Source: a virus. Taken from it: a DNA stretch of 41,421 bases. A model generated the notes under the pieces. It saw only the letters and a program-made list of their open reading frames with translations, was not told where the DNA came from and did not search any database. Below are positions 14,530 through 24,103 of the stretch, piece by piece (within the stretch, counting starts at the first letter, position 1; every line of letters starts with the position of its first letter). The stretch is from the IMG/VR virus record IMGVR_UViG_3300043932_000066; one strand, given 5' to 3'. A program made the position numbers and the translations under genes.

Positions 14530-14900
14530 CCCGCAGTCACCTCCGTGAGGCTGTCGGCGATCACGGCGTCCAGGTCCTCACCGGCATAGTCCACGGTGTC
14601 GGCGATCGGCGTCTCTGAGGTGACGGTGGCCGTACTGTCGACGGTCGCATACGAGGTGACGCCTGCCGGCACGAGGTCGTACAGGCCGGACGCGGACAGG
14701 GCGTAGATGACGCCGCGTGCGACGGCCGCGAACAGCTCCGTGTCCCCGTAGAGGACGACCAGGACGTTCAGGGCCACGCCGAGGAAGATCGCCACGACGG
14801 GCGACCACTTCGACGGTAGCCCCACCGACTTGGCGAGGTTGACGAGGGCGACGATCGCGGGCACGCTCGCGATGAGCGTCACGACATCAATGGTTTCCAT
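14526..14900 (-). CDS. Holin
   Basis: 124 aa from the ATG at 14900 (AAGGAGAACACCTC upstream). 2-3 TM segments (VVTLIASVPAIVALVNLA, SPVVAIFLGVALNVLVVLY). Directly downstream of the endolysin. Confidence 0.7.
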   Translation of the reverse strand: METIDVVTLIASVPAIVALVNLAKSVGLPSKWSPVVAIFLGVALNVLVVLYGDTELFAAVARGVIYALSASGLYDLVPAGVTSYATVDSTATVTSETPIADTVDYAGEDLDAVIADSLTEVTAG

Positions 14901-14920
14901 GAGGTGTTCTCCTTGTTCTG

Positions 14921-15673
14921 TCAGCGGACCCGGACGCCGAAAGCGGCGGGATTGGCGACCTTGTTGGAACCGCTGCCGCCGAGCGTCTTCCACTCGACGA
15001 CCTTCCCGCCGGACTTCTCCAAGACGTTGCGCGTGTCCCGGAGCGTGCGGTTACTGGACATGGCGCGATACGTGCCGGCCAGCACGTCGGCGATGAAAAT
15101 CGTCTTGCCGTCGTTGAAGATAATGTGCGTGGCTTTCAGGGCCATGATGACCTCCTCAAGGTCGTCGAGGGTCGCGACCGAGGCGGCCGCGGTCGTGGTG
15201 GTGGTGGCGCTCGCGGGCGGGCGCAGGAGGTGCGTCCACTGCGATCGGTAGGGGTGGGCGGAGGCGTTGGCGAGCCGGGTCTCCTGCCCGGTCTGGTCCC
15301 CGGGTGTCCCGCCTGTCGTGGCGCCGGACTCGTTGATCCATGCCTCGGCGAGAGTGTCGGTGCCGACGCACATGGCCGTGTGGTGCCCTTCCCAGAGGAG
15401 GACGTCACCGAGCTGGGGTGTGGTCGAGGCCGGAAGTTGACTCCATCCGCGCTCGATGAGACGTGGACGGAGGTTCCCTGTGTAGGTGTCCTGCCCTAGG
15501 GGGTCGAGGCCCGCTTGATTGAGGGCCCAGGCGACGAGGCTGGAGCAGTCGGCGGCCCCGCCGTCGCGGATGTCCCACCTGCCACCCGTGCCAGATCCCT
15601 GCCCGTAGCCGAGCGACCAGTCCCGCACGGCAGTGACCATGCGTGAGGCGGCCCGGTTAATGTCCAGTGTCAT
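14921..15673 (-). CDS. Endolysin: N-terminal CHAP/Amidase_5-like cysteine peptidoglycan hydrolase + C-terminal binding domain
   Basis: GGAADCSSLVAWAL (Cys nucleophile), LWEGHHTAMCVG (His), GDQTGQE. Thr-rich linker. ATG at 15673 follows GAGGAGGGCGCAC. Confidence 0.8.
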   Translation of the reverse strand: MTLDINRAASRMVTAVRDWSLGYGQGSGTGGRWDIRDGGAADCSSLVAWALNQAGLDPLGQDTYTGNLRPRLIERGWSQLPASTTPQLGDVLLWEGHHTAMCVGTDTLAEAWINESGATTGGTPGDQTGQETRLANASAHPYRSQWTHLLRPPASATTTTTAAASVATLDDLEEVIMALKATHIIFNDGKTIFIADVLAGTYRAMSSNRTLRDTRNVLEKSGGKVVEWKTLGGSGSNKVANPAAFGVRVR

Positions 15674-15741
15674 GTGCGCCCTCCTCGGGGCATAGGTGAA
15701 GCCCCTGCCAGTCGGCGGGGGCTTGCGCGTGTTTTTGCTGG

Positions 15742-16407
15742 TCAGGCCATGGTGATGGGGAATGCGATGACGTTGAAACGGCACAGGCGGGCTGCGGTGT
15801 CGCCGACGATGTTGATCGTTCCGGATCCTCCGCCGCCCGCGATGAGGGAGAGGTGGAGGTCGGGGTCGGTTCCGGCAGTGACGATGCTCATGCAGATGGA
15901 GGTCTGTGTGGCCATCTCGTCACTGCCGAATGCGCTGCGCGTGCCGAGGATTCCTCCGACTCTGGAGACGAGCTGAACGCGGCCGGCGGTGACCTGCCCG
16001 TTGGCCTGTCCGAAGGCGAGCATGAGCCGGTCGTAGGGGCGCGCGCTGATGCTTGAATCCCCGTCGAGGAGGTTCGTGTACGTTGTCCCGTTAACCGTGT
16101 AGGTGCCGCCCGTGGAAGTGGTGAGGATCATGCGTTCCGGCTCGTTGACGAGCCGCATCACCCACGCGCTGTCGTTCTTCGTGCCGTCTGACCAGTAGAG
16201 GTTTCCGCCGATATTGAAGTATGCCGGGTAATCTGGGGTTGGTGCGCTCCCGGCAGTCTCGGCCGCGGTCAGCATGGCGCGGGCGGCGGCGATGCTGGAT
16301 GCGACGGTGACGATCCCGGTCGTGTCGAGCATGGCGGGCCATGACTCTAGGATCGGGTCGTCGCCCACGCTGGGGATTGTGGGCCCCTTCCAGTGCTGCG
16401 TGCTCAT
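15742..16407 (-). CDS. Tail-tip associated protein (221 aa), function unknown
   Basis: MSTQHWKGPTIPSVGDDPILESWPAML.... Located between the tail fibre and the lysis cassette. Confidence 0.65.
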   Translation of the reverse strand: MSTQHWKGPTIPSVGDDPILESWPAMLDTTGIVTVASSIAAARAMLTAAETAGSAPTPDYPAYFNIGGNLYWSDGTKNDSAWVMRLVNEPERMILTTSTGGTYTVNGTTYTNLLDGDSSISARPYDRLMLAFGQANGQVTAGRVQLVSRVGGILGTRSAFGSDEMATQTSICMSIVTAGTDPDLHLSLIAGGGGSGTINIVGDTAARLCRFNVIAFPITMA

Positions 16408-16427
16408 TGTGTGCTCCCCTCTCCGGA

Positions 16428-18707
16428 TTATGCCGGAATGATGTAGACGGCGCGCGTATTCGAATACAGGCTGATTTGTCCGGAACCGCCAGACCGGGCG
16501 CGCACGTGAACGTACACGCCATATTCTTGGCCGATCGTCAATCCAGTTACGCGCTGCATTGCGATCAATTGCAAAGGCCCGCCAGATTCGATCTGAGCCC
16601 AAATATAATTCGTCGTCCCGACGCGCGCGAAGTCGGTCCCTCCGCTGGTCAGGACGCCGGTCGCGGTCATGATCCCCGCAAGCGCTTTCGAATACGCTTT
16701 TACTGCGGCGAATAGCAAGACATTTGATGACGTGGCCGTGTAAGTCACCGCCATGGAATCTTTATACCAGTCGCCCCAACCGCCGCCTGACGCGCTCGTG
16801 TGAGTGATTTCTCCGGAATGCTCGAAGATTTTCGTTCCGAAAAGCATATCCGACGTTGAAATGAGACTCCCGGACGACGGTTCCATGACTTTCAAGCCGC
16901 TCGTCGCGTCCATGCTCAGCAGCGTCGATTGGTCGCCGGTGAGCATGGAGAACTCCGGGCCTGCCGGAGTGACTGCGAGGTACGCTGAGCCGGTCGCATT
17001 GCTGTTCGGCGTCGACAAATATACGCCGTAACTGTCGCCCTGTCCGGGCGTCCCAGACGCGGGGCCCACCAGGATCTGGGGGAGCGAGCCGCCACCAGCC
17101 GTCAGGACAGCACCCGACAGGATCTTCCCGATCAGCGTGTCCACCATCATGTCCCCGGTGATGACGGCGTGCCCAGCTGTCAGCATTTCGGTAGTGATCT
17201 CAGCGAACTTTGCGACTCCTGCCCAGATTTTCTGCGCGACCGCGTCCCCGATGTTGGCCGTGTCGGCGGTGAGCTGACCCACGTCAAGCTGGAGGAACTG
17301 CGCGACCGCGGCCGCCACAGTCTGCGCGTCCAGGCGGCTCGTGTCGATCGTGCCAGCCGTGATCCGGTCCGCGTTCAGCTCGATGACGTTCGCGATTGCG
17401 ACGGCCAGCTTGTTGATGACCGCCTCGTTCACGCTCGCATCGTCGGCCACCAACCGGGACACGTTGAGCTGAATCACGTTCGCGATCTGCGCTGCCAGAG
17501 TCCCCACGTTGAGGCGCGCATTGTCCAGCGTCCCCTCAGTCAGGCGCGCCGCATCCCGCATGTCATCCTGAAGCCCCGGCAGGGTCTCGTCGTTCAGCGT
17601 CGCGATGCTGCCCTGCGCCTCACCGATCTGGGTCTGCGCGGCCGCAAGATTCGTCTCCAGAGTGGACACGCGCGACTTCAAAGCGTCCGCCGCCGCTTGC
17701 GCGGCCACAGCCTCCGTCACGTCACGCACAGACGCGGCAGACAGTCGGTACGCCCCGTCGCCGATGGCGCGATACCGCGCCTTCTGCCACGTGCTCCCAG
17801 ACGGATGCACGTAGTCGAAGGAGTATTGCTCCCATTCGGTGGTCAGGGGCCAAGAAGAATTTCCGCCGGGCGGTATGATGCCATCATACCACTCTCCCGC
17901 GTACATGCTCATTCGCTTGTACAGGACGGCACCGGGGGCGTCCCCCTTGGCCCACACGCTAAACCGGTAAGTGTGGCCGGGTACGAGAGACACCAGGCCA
18001 GAGTTGATGTGCTCACCGATAATGCCAGTACCGACAACATGTGACGCCACAACCCCGGGGAATGGGACATCTGTTGAATCTAGGCTGGCCTGCGCGTGGG
18101 TCAGCCAGCCCGTATAGTCGTCAACAAAACTTCCATTGACGACCATTTCTTGCGCGTTCGCCATGGCCTGGTCCGCGCGCGCCTGAGCCGACGCGGCAGC
18201 CTCCTCCACGCTCCCCACGCGCTCCGTCAAAGCGGGCAGCTTCGTCTCATCCAGCACAGTCAGCCGATCCGTGTTCTCAGCAAGCTTCCCATCCAACTCC
18301 ACCTTGTCCGCCGCCTGCTGCGCCCGCGCCGACTCAAGCCCAGCATCCAGAGCCGCCGTCGTCGCATCCAACTGGACCAGCCGCTCACCCGTCACACCCA
18401 CACTGAACAGCACGGCACCAGACGGGATGGAGTCCGGGATCGACACGTGCGTCACGCGGCCAGTCGAGTCCCGCCACGCCCGCACCGCAGCACCCACAGC
18501 CGAGACGCCGGACTCAGACGGCACGACCACGTCAGGCTCCGTCGACCCCGACAGGTGCGCCGACACGCGCGTCGCATCCACCTGCCCCGTGATCGTCGCC
18601 TCAGACCACCGGTCAGACTGCGTGAGCTGACGGTCCACGCGCGCCGACTCCCGCTCCGGGTGCAGGTCGATCCACGGGTTCAGGTCCGGCATCCCATCAA
18701 GGCCCAT
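16428..18707 (-). CDS. Tail fibre / minor tail protein with coiled-coil repeats and a CBM-like jelly-roll insert
   Basis: 759 aa from the ATG at 18707 (AAGGAGGGG upstream). Repeats such as NVIQLNVSRLVADDASV / NVIELNADRITAGTIDT. VVNGSFVDDYTGW...YRFSVWAKG resembles CBM_4_9. Confidence 0.8.
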   Translation of the reverse strand: MGLDGMPDLNPWIDLHPERESARVDRQLTQSDRWSEATITGQVDATRVSAHLSGSTEPDVVVPSESGVSAVGAAVRAWRDSTGRVTHVSIPDSIPSGAVLFSVGVTGERLVQLDATTAALDAGLESARAQQAADKVELDGKLAENTDRLTVLDETKLPALTERVGSVEEAAASAQARADQAMANAQEMVVNGSFVDDYTGWLTHAQASLDSTDVPFPGVVASHVVGTGIIGEHINSGLVSLVPGHTYRFSVWAKGDAPGAVLYKRMSMYAGEWYDGIIPPGGNSSWPLTTEWEQYSFDYVHPSGSTWQKARYRAIGDGAYRLSAASVRDVTEAVAAQAAADALKSRVSTLETNLAAAQTQIGEAQGSIATLNDETLPGLQDDMRDAARLTEGTLDNARLNVGTLAAQIANVIQLNVSRLVADDASVNEAVINKLAVAIANVIELNADRITAGTIDTSRLDAQTVAAAVAQFLQLDVGQLTADTANIGDAVAQKIWAGVAKFAEITTEMLTAGHAVITGDMMVDTLIGKILSGAVLTAGGGSLPQILVGPASGTPGQGDSYGVYLSTPNSNATGSAYLAVTPAGPEFSMLTGDQSTLLSMDATSGLKVMEPSSGSLISTSDMLFGTKIFEHSGEITHTSASGGGWGDWYKDSMAVTYTATSSNVLLFAAVKAYSKALAGIMTATGVLTSGGTDFARVGTTNYIWAQIESGGPLQLIAMQRVTGLTIGQEYGVYVHVRARSGGSGQISLYSNTRAVYIIPA

Positions 18708-18721
18708 CAGACGCCCCTCCT

Positions 18722-19804
18722 TCACCAGTTGAGTTCCTGCACGTCCACGCGCATCCGCGACGACGGATCTGAGAGCGACACGCTGTAGGCGGTGATGCGG
18801 CCCACGATCGTCTCGTCATCGGTGACGGCGGCGATCACGTCCCCCACCTCCAGGCGCGGGTCCATCGCGATCTCCAGGCTGCGGGTCCGAGTCGTGAGGG
18901 CGAGATTGCGCAGGCGGGTCTGCATCGCGGCTGTCACCGCAGTCTGCCCGTCCGCGCTGTTCAGCTCGAAACGGCTCGCGACCAGCCCGTATTCGCTGAT
19001 GCTGTAGGGCGGTTCGGTCGCATCCCCTTGAGCCACCCACTGCGTCTCCACGTCGCCCTCAGTCTTGCTGCCGACGACGACGATCCGGTTCGCCCGACGC
19101 TCCACCGCCTGCCGAGGGGCCGATAGGAGCAGGTCCCTCGCCGTGTAGGTCGCCACCGGAGCCCGCCCATCCCGCTGAGCCCACACGTGCAGGTACCCGT
19201 CCGGCTTCACGCCGTACTCCAGCCCGTAGGACTCGCATAGGTCGCGCACCGCCTCAGCCCGATCCGTCCCCCACTCGAACGTCCTGGGAATCCCCCGATC
19301 CACCGGGTCATCGAGGACCACGGGGAGACTGTGCCCCTCACCGACATTGCACAAGCGGCGCAGCTCAGACAGCAGGGACGCGCCGGCGGGAGGCGAGCTC
19401 GGCCACGTCATCGGCGCCTCCACCAGGGTTTGCATGAGATCCAGGGCCGTCACCTGCACCGTGTCGCCATCCCCAGGCTCCCACGTGTCGATCTGGAACC
19501 ATCCCAGCTCCACCTCGCTGGGCGTCCCGTCCACATCGAGGAGCGCAGTCGCGTGCGCTCTCTGCCCGAAATTGCTCAGCGGCGAGAGCGGGTGATCCAC
19601 TGCGCGCACCGTGCCCCCCGCAGAATCCGTCCACTCCATGGGCGCCGTGAACTCGAGTTTCCCCGGCACGACGCGGTCGGCAGTCACGTCCAGCACCACG
19701 TCGCGCACCGGCACGTCCACGGCCAAAACCTGCCGTCCGCGCGTGACCTCCACGCGCGCACCCACAGCCACAGAGCCGCGCAGATCAGCAGGACCCGGAC
19801 GCAT
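18722..19804 (-). CDS. Minor tail / baseplate hub-like protein (360 aa)
   Basis: GAGGTGATCGC precedes the ATG at 19804. Assigned by position between the distal tail protein and the fibre. Normal composition. Confidence 0.7.
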   Translation of the reverse strand: MRPGPADLRGSVAVGARVEVTRGRQVLAVDVPVRDVVLDVTADRVVPGKLEFTAPMEWTDSAGGTVRAVDHPLSPLSNFGQRAHATALLDVDGTPSEVELGWFQIDTWEPGDGDTVQVTALDLMQTLVEAPMTWPSSPPAGASLLSELRRLCNVGEGHSLPVVLDDPVDRGIPRTFEWGTDRAEAVRDLCESYGLEYGVKPDGYLHVWAQRDGRAPVATYTARDLLLSAPRQAVERRANRIVVVGSKTEGDVETQWVAQGDATEPPYSISEYGLVASRFELNSADGQTAVTAAMQTRLRNLALTTRTRSLEIAMDPRLEVGDVIAAVTDDETIVGRITAYSVSLSDPSSRMRVDVQELNW

Positions 19805-19857
19805 GCGATCACCTCAAATCGTCAGATGTGGGATGGCTGTTGGCGTAGGTTGAGGCC

Positions 19858-20364
19858 ATGCCAGAGGGAAGACCCGCAATCCCGCGCGCGCTCGCCCGCG
19901 CAGTCAAAGAAGAAGCCGGACACCGATGCGCGATTCCCACGTGCAAAGCAACATCGGCCCTTGAAATCGCCCACATCAGACCGTGGGCAGAGGTTCACGA
20001 ACACACCTTCGACAACCTCATCTACCTGTGCGCCATCTGCCATACCAGATACGACCGTGGAGAGATCGATCGGCAATCCATGCTTGCGTACAAGCAAAAT
20101 CTCAGCGTCCTCAACAGTCGCTACAGCGACTTCGAGCGACGCATCCTCCAGACCCTCCAAGGCAGAGGTCCCGGGAGCGCGATCCCGCTGCAGAGCGTTG
20201 ATCCGATGCTCTTCCTGTATCTCGTCGAAGATGGGCTGCTCGTAGAAGTCTTCTCCCAGGGTGGACAGCTTCTCATCAACGGGATCAACCCCACGCGCCA
20301 TTGGACACTGACAGAGCAGGGATGGGACTTCGTCAACCGCTGGTTCTCGGGTCAGACCCTGTGA
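19858..20364 (+). CDS. HNH-nuclease domain protein with a C-terminal winged-helix-like domain (reverse-oriented moron)
   Basis: HRCAIPTC...LEIAHIRPW...FDNLIYLCAICHTRYDRGEI is a beta-beta-alpha-Me/HNH pattern. 4 AGA codons and lower GC3 than its neighbours. Confidence 0.75.
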   Translation: MPEGRPAIPRALARAVKEEAGHRCAIPTCKATSALEIAHIRPWAEVHEHTFDNLIYLCAICHTRYDRGEIDRQSMLAYKQNLSVLNSRYSDFERRILQTLQGRGPGSAIPLQSVDPMLFLYLVEDGLLVEVFSQGGQLLINGINPTRHWTLTEQGWDFVNRWFSGQTL

Positions 20365-20509
20365 AGCGGAGCTCGTCGCGCACGAGAGAGGCCGCAGAGT
20401 CATAGACCCCAGCCACTGATCCCACCCAGCCCGGGGGTGTCGCGCGGGACTCGTCCACCAACAGCTCGATGACTTCTCGCAGGGTCTCCTGCCGAACGTC
20501 CGCGTTCAT
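20333..20509 (-). CDS. Small ORF (58 aa) coupled to the distal tail protein gene
   Basis: ATGA overlap at 20506-20509. Reads MNADVRQETLREVIELLVDESRATPPGWVGSVAGVYDSAASLVRDELRF. Its 3' end overlaps the HNH gene by 32 bp. Confidence 0.4.
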   Translation of the reverse strand: MNADVRQETLREVIELLVDESRATPPGWVGSVAGVYDSAASLVRDELRFTGSDPRTSG

Positions 20510-21189
20510 GACGGCATCCCAGCCACGATGCGGCACAGGTCCAGCATCGAGTAGTCCTGCCAGCCCTCGCCGAGGGCCTGATACTCGCCCCACGTCACCA
20601 CAGGGCACGCGCCAGACCGCGACACGGCAGACCGCGACTCAGTCCACGACACGTCGAACAACAGCTCGCCCCGCCGACCGATCCGCGACCTCGACACGCT
20701 GTCCACCGTCACGCAGCGCAGGGACACGCCAGGCGTCGACTGGTCCGGCGCAATGATGATCGGCGCGTGAGAGCGCAGGACCCGCCACACGTCAGCCTCC
20801 CGCGCCGGATCAGTGAGCACGACCTGCCCGACACCACTCACCAGGGGATCGCTCAGTGACCAGCGCTCGACACGATCATTGAACCGGCTGACCGAGCTTG
20901 ACCAAGCGAGCTTGTCCCCGTTGTTCGCGTAGATCAGGCCTGGAATCCCGCGCCCCCGAGCATTCGTGAGGAACGCCTGCCCCAGCCCGCCAGCCGCCCG
21001 CACCAGCGTGATCAACTCGGAGCCGACCCGGTACTCGGTCGCCACGCCGGGCTCAGCCAGCGCATCCGACAGGAGCACCGGAGCAGTCCCATCAGCCAGC
21101 ACACGGCCACCCACGCTCACACGCACAGGATCCGAACTGTAAATACTCGGCAATCCCGTATGCGACGCCACCCAACCGACCACCGACAT
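20506..21189 (-). CDS. Distal tail protein (Dit-like) / minor tail protein
   Basis: 227 aa immediately downstream of the TMP (TGATG junction). Called by position; no motif recognised. Confidence 0.65.
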   Translation of the reverse strand: MSVVGWVASHTGLPSIYSSDPVRVSVGGRVLADGTAPVLLSDALAEPGVATEYRVGSELITLVRAAGGLGQAFLTNARGRGIPGLIYANNGDKLAWSSSVSRFNDRVERWSLSDPLVSGVGQVVLTDPAREADVWRVLRSHAPIIIAPDQSTPGVSLRCVTVDSVSRSRIGRRGELLFDVSWTESRSAVSRSGACPVVTWGEYQALGEGWQDYSMLDLCRIVAGMPS

Positions 21190-24080
21190 CAGTACCGCCC
21201 CCTAATCACGCGCACAGCCTGATCGCGGACAGTCGCCCGCACCTGATCACCCGTCCACGGATTCTCGACATACACCGCCGGCAGTGTGGATGCGGCGTTC
21301 CCCGACGGCACGTACGGGCTCACAGACGCCGCCGGGATCACGCTCCCCGACAACTCTGCCTGGAGGCGCGCGCCCATCGACCCGACGTCGCCCATGACGT
21401 TCTGGAACTCACGCTCCAGGCCCGTCCCGAGGCCCTGCATGATCCACCCGCCATTCGGGATGAGCAGCCGCAGGTCGTACGCCTTCGGGCCCTTGTGCTC
21501 CTGAATCCACGAGGCGATCCCGCCGACCCACGACTTGACCGCCTCAAACGCGCTCTTCATGCCATTCCACAGGCCGCTGATGATCGACGACCCGGCATTC
21601 CACAGGAGCGACCCGACGCTGCCCAGTGCCGACACCATTCGCCCAGGCAACTCACCCATCTTGGACGCCACCTGCGGGAATGCTTGCGCCAGGCCGGTCA
21701 CCAGTTGGCCGATCGCGCTCAGCCCAGCCTGCACGAGGGCGGGGAAATTGTCGCCGAGGACCTGCACGATCGTCGCGATGATCTGCGGGACCATGACGAT
21801 CAACTGGGGCAGGGCGTCGACAAGCCCGGTGATCAGCGCAACGAGGAGCTGGATCCCCGCATCGATGATGGCGGGCAGGTTCTGGACGAGAGTGTTCACA
21901 ATCCCCGTGATGATCGTCGGCAGCATCGCGACCAACTGCGGAATCGAGCTCACAATGCCCTGGATCAGGGCCGTCAGGATCTGCACACCCGCCAGCAGGA
22001 TCTGCGGGAGGGCTCCGATCAGGGTCGACACGAGGGTCACGATGATCTGCGGTATCGCCGCGATCAGTTGGGGGAGCGCCGTCACAATGCCCTGGATCAG
22101 GCCCACCAGGAGGTCCATGCCGGACTGGATGATCTGGGGGAGCATCTGGACGAGCCCGAGGACCAGTGTCGTGATGACTTGGACGGCCATCGGAATCAGT
22201 GTCGGGAGGGCCGCGCCGAGCCCAGAGACGAGGGTCGAGAGGATGTCGGCAGCGCCCTGGAGAATGGCCGGAAGGTTCTGGATGATCCCCGTCAGGAGCG
22301 CCATGATCACGTCGACGCCCGTCTGCATGAAGACCGGCATCTGCGACGACAACTGGCCGACGAGATCAGCGATCTTGCCCGGCAGTTCAGCCATGGTCGC
22401 GCTGAACTGGGCGAGCATCTCCCCGCCGCCCTGACTCATGAGAGCGCCGAGACCAGCGACCACTGCCGCCACGAGAGCCCCGAGCCCGAAGAACTTCATG
22501 AAGTTGCCCGGCTTGAAAAACTTGCCGATCAGGTCCCCGACCTTGCCGAGGCCCGACTGAAGAGGACCGGACACGCCATCGAAGAGCCCGCCGAACACGT
22601 TCCCAATCCCGGATTTCACGGGTGAGAGAGCCCCGGTGATCTTCTCGCCAACCGCAGAGATCCGCGACGTGACGGGCGACGCGAAGTCCCCGACCTTCGA
22701 CGCAGCAGACCTCAGCGCGTCACCCACGGACGACATGCCGCTCCCGGCCTTGACCTTCGCGGCCTCGAAATTGCTGGAGATCGCTGACGTGAACGGCGCC
22801 ATCCACCCCGAAACCTTGGTGCCGATCGACTTGAACGGCGCTCCGAGCTGAGACAGCCCAGTCTGGACGCGCTGGACCGCCGCACCGAACGGGTCACCGT
22901 CCATCGTGGCGGCCTCAGCGAGATCCCGGTGGAACAGCATGTCGACGCCGTTGATGAATGCCCCGCCCTTCGACGAGACAGCCCCGGCGGCTGATGACAA
23001 TGAGTCTCCAACCTTACCAGGAAGCTTGTTGAAGACCTCAAGAACCGAGGAGACGTCATCCCAGTTCTTCAGTGCCGCACCAGCCGCACCAGCCGCAGCA
23101 ACGCCACCTGCGACGGTGACGAGTGAACGCCCGAACACGTCAAGATCACCGACGTTCTGAGCCCGGTTGATCGTGTTCGAAATCTTGTCGCCAAGCGTCA
23201 CAATGCCGCTCGACGCCTCGTTGATCTTCGAGGCGATATCCTCCGCGCCGACAGCCTGGATGACCGCGCTCATGGCCTTCGACGTGCGGTTCCGGACGTT
23301 GTCGAGAGCCGTCTGGATGCCCTTGGTGGCGTCTTGAGCCTGCTGGGAGAACGACGCGAACCCGTTGACGCCTTCCTTGTCGAGCTGGAGCATCGCGTCG
23401 TTGAAGTCCTGGAAAGAGACCTTCCCGTCCATCATTGCGCTGTAAAGGTCGTTGCTGTTCGCGGTCGTCCCGAGGAGCGCGTGCGCCATTTGGTCGAGCT
23501 GGCCGGGCATGACCTCCTGCATGGTCCGCCAGGCCATCATGTCCGGCTTGCCCTTGCTGAGCATCTGCGTGTACTGGAGCATTGCGCGCGACTGGTCCGC
23601 CGTGGACTTGCCGGACGCCAGGAGCATGTCGTTGAACGCGAGGCCGACGTTGGTCGCCTCGTCCATGCCGGACGTGATCGGCGCGAGCTGCTGCACCATG
23701 CTCACGACGCCGTCAAGAGACGAGGGGAGCCCGTCGAGCCGGTCGCTGATCTTCTTCACTGAGGCTTCGGCGTCATCGGCCGAGTAGCCCAGGTTCTGCA
23801 TGATCTTCGGGAAGTTGTTGAGTATGTCTGTTCTGGACACGGCCCGCCCAAGGTTCGCGACCGCCGCAGCGCCGACAGCTGCGAAAGCCGCTACGCCCGT
23901 CTTCGCGACAGCCGAGAATGCTGACCCGATGCCGCTCGTGATCTTCGAGCCCATGCCCCTCGTCGCCGGGGAGATGTCCACCCCGCCCAGGGCCTTGTTG
24001 ATGGCCGGTGCGACGCCGTTCATCGCGGGGACGACGTTCAGCCAGGCGTTGCCGATGGGGATGCCGCCAGCAGTGCCCAT
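21189..24080 (-). CDS. Tape measure protein
   Basis: 963 aa. Long hydrophobic periodic repeats (ALPQLIAAIPQIIVTLVSTLIGALPQILLAGVQILTALIQGIV...). GGAGGctgatc precedes the ATG at 24080. Confidence 0.9.
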   Translation of the reverse strand: MGTAGGIPIGNAWLNVVPAMNGVAPAINKALGGVDISPATRGMGSKITSGIGSAFSAVAKTGVAAFAAVGAAAVANLGRAVSRTDILNNFPKIMQNLGYSADDAEASVKKISDRLDGLPSSLDGVVSMVQQLAPITSGMDEATNVGLAFNDMLLASGKSTADQSRAMLQYTQMLSKGKPDMMAWRTMQEVMPGQLDQMAHALLGTTANSNDLYSAMMDGKVSFQDFNDAMLQLDKEGVNGFASFSQQAQDATKGIQTALDNVRNRTSKAMSAVIQAVGAEDIASKINEASSGIVTLGDKISNTINRAQNVGDLDVFGRSLVTVAGGVAAAGAAGAALKNWDDVSSVLEVFNKLPGKVGDSLSSAAGAVSSKGGAFINGVDMLFHRDLAEAATMDGDPFGAAVQRVQTGLSQLGAPFKSIGTKVSGWMAPFTSAISSNFEAAKVKAGSGMSSVGDALRSAASKVGDFASPVTSRISAVGEKITGALSPVKSGIGNVFGGLFDGVSGPLQSGLGKVGDLIGKFFKPGNFMKFFGLGALVAAVVAGLGALMSQGGGEMLAQFSATMAELPGKIADLVGQLSSQMPVFMQTGVDVIMALLTGIIQNLPAILQGAADILSTLVSGLGAALPTLIPMAVQVITTLVLGLVQMLPQIIQSGMDLLVGLIQGIVTALPQLIAAIPQIIVTLVSTLIGALPQILLAGVQILTALIQGIVSSIPQLVAMLPTIITGIVNTLVQNLPAIIDAGIQLLVALITGLVDALPQLIVMVPQIIATIVQVLGDNFPALVQAGLSAIGQLVTGLAQAFPQVASKMGELPGRMVSALGSVGSLLWNAGSSIISGLWNGMKSAFEAVKSWVGGIASWIQEHKGPKAYDLRLLIPNGGWIMQGLGTGLEREFQNVMGDVGSMGARLQAELSGSVIPAASVSPYVPSGNAASTLPAVYVENPWTGDQVRATVRDQAVRVIRGRY

Positions 24081-24103
24081 GATCAGCCTCCGATCGCTCC
24101 AGA

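Noticed and set aside
15699-15736. Hairpin aagcccc/ggggctt followed by TTTTT on the plus strand, between the tail and lysis genes
   Set aside because: The U-tract is on the strand opposite to every nearby gene, and the stem is only 7 bp. It might stop antisense transcription, but the evidence is too weak to annotate it as a terminator.
19822-20403. 193-aa minus-strand ORF antisense to the HNH moron; it would keep the tail operon uninterrupted
   Set aside because: It has no recognisable motif and no RBS or coupled start. The plus frame has a complete HNH signature. Kept only as the alternative to be excluded by comparative analysis.
21700-22500. Periodic DNA repeats in the tape-measure gene, considered as a tandem-repeat or CRISPR-like array
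   Set aside because: The periodicity is at the protein level (imperfect ALPQLI/IQGIV-type units) within one long ORF. There are no identical direct repeats with unique spacers, and there are no cas genes.
21495-22625. 376-aa and 299-aa plus-strand ORFs inside the tape-measure gene
   Set aside because: They are low-complexity (R/D/H/Q/P) and antisense to the TMP repeat region. The minus frame gives a coherent 963-aa TMP.
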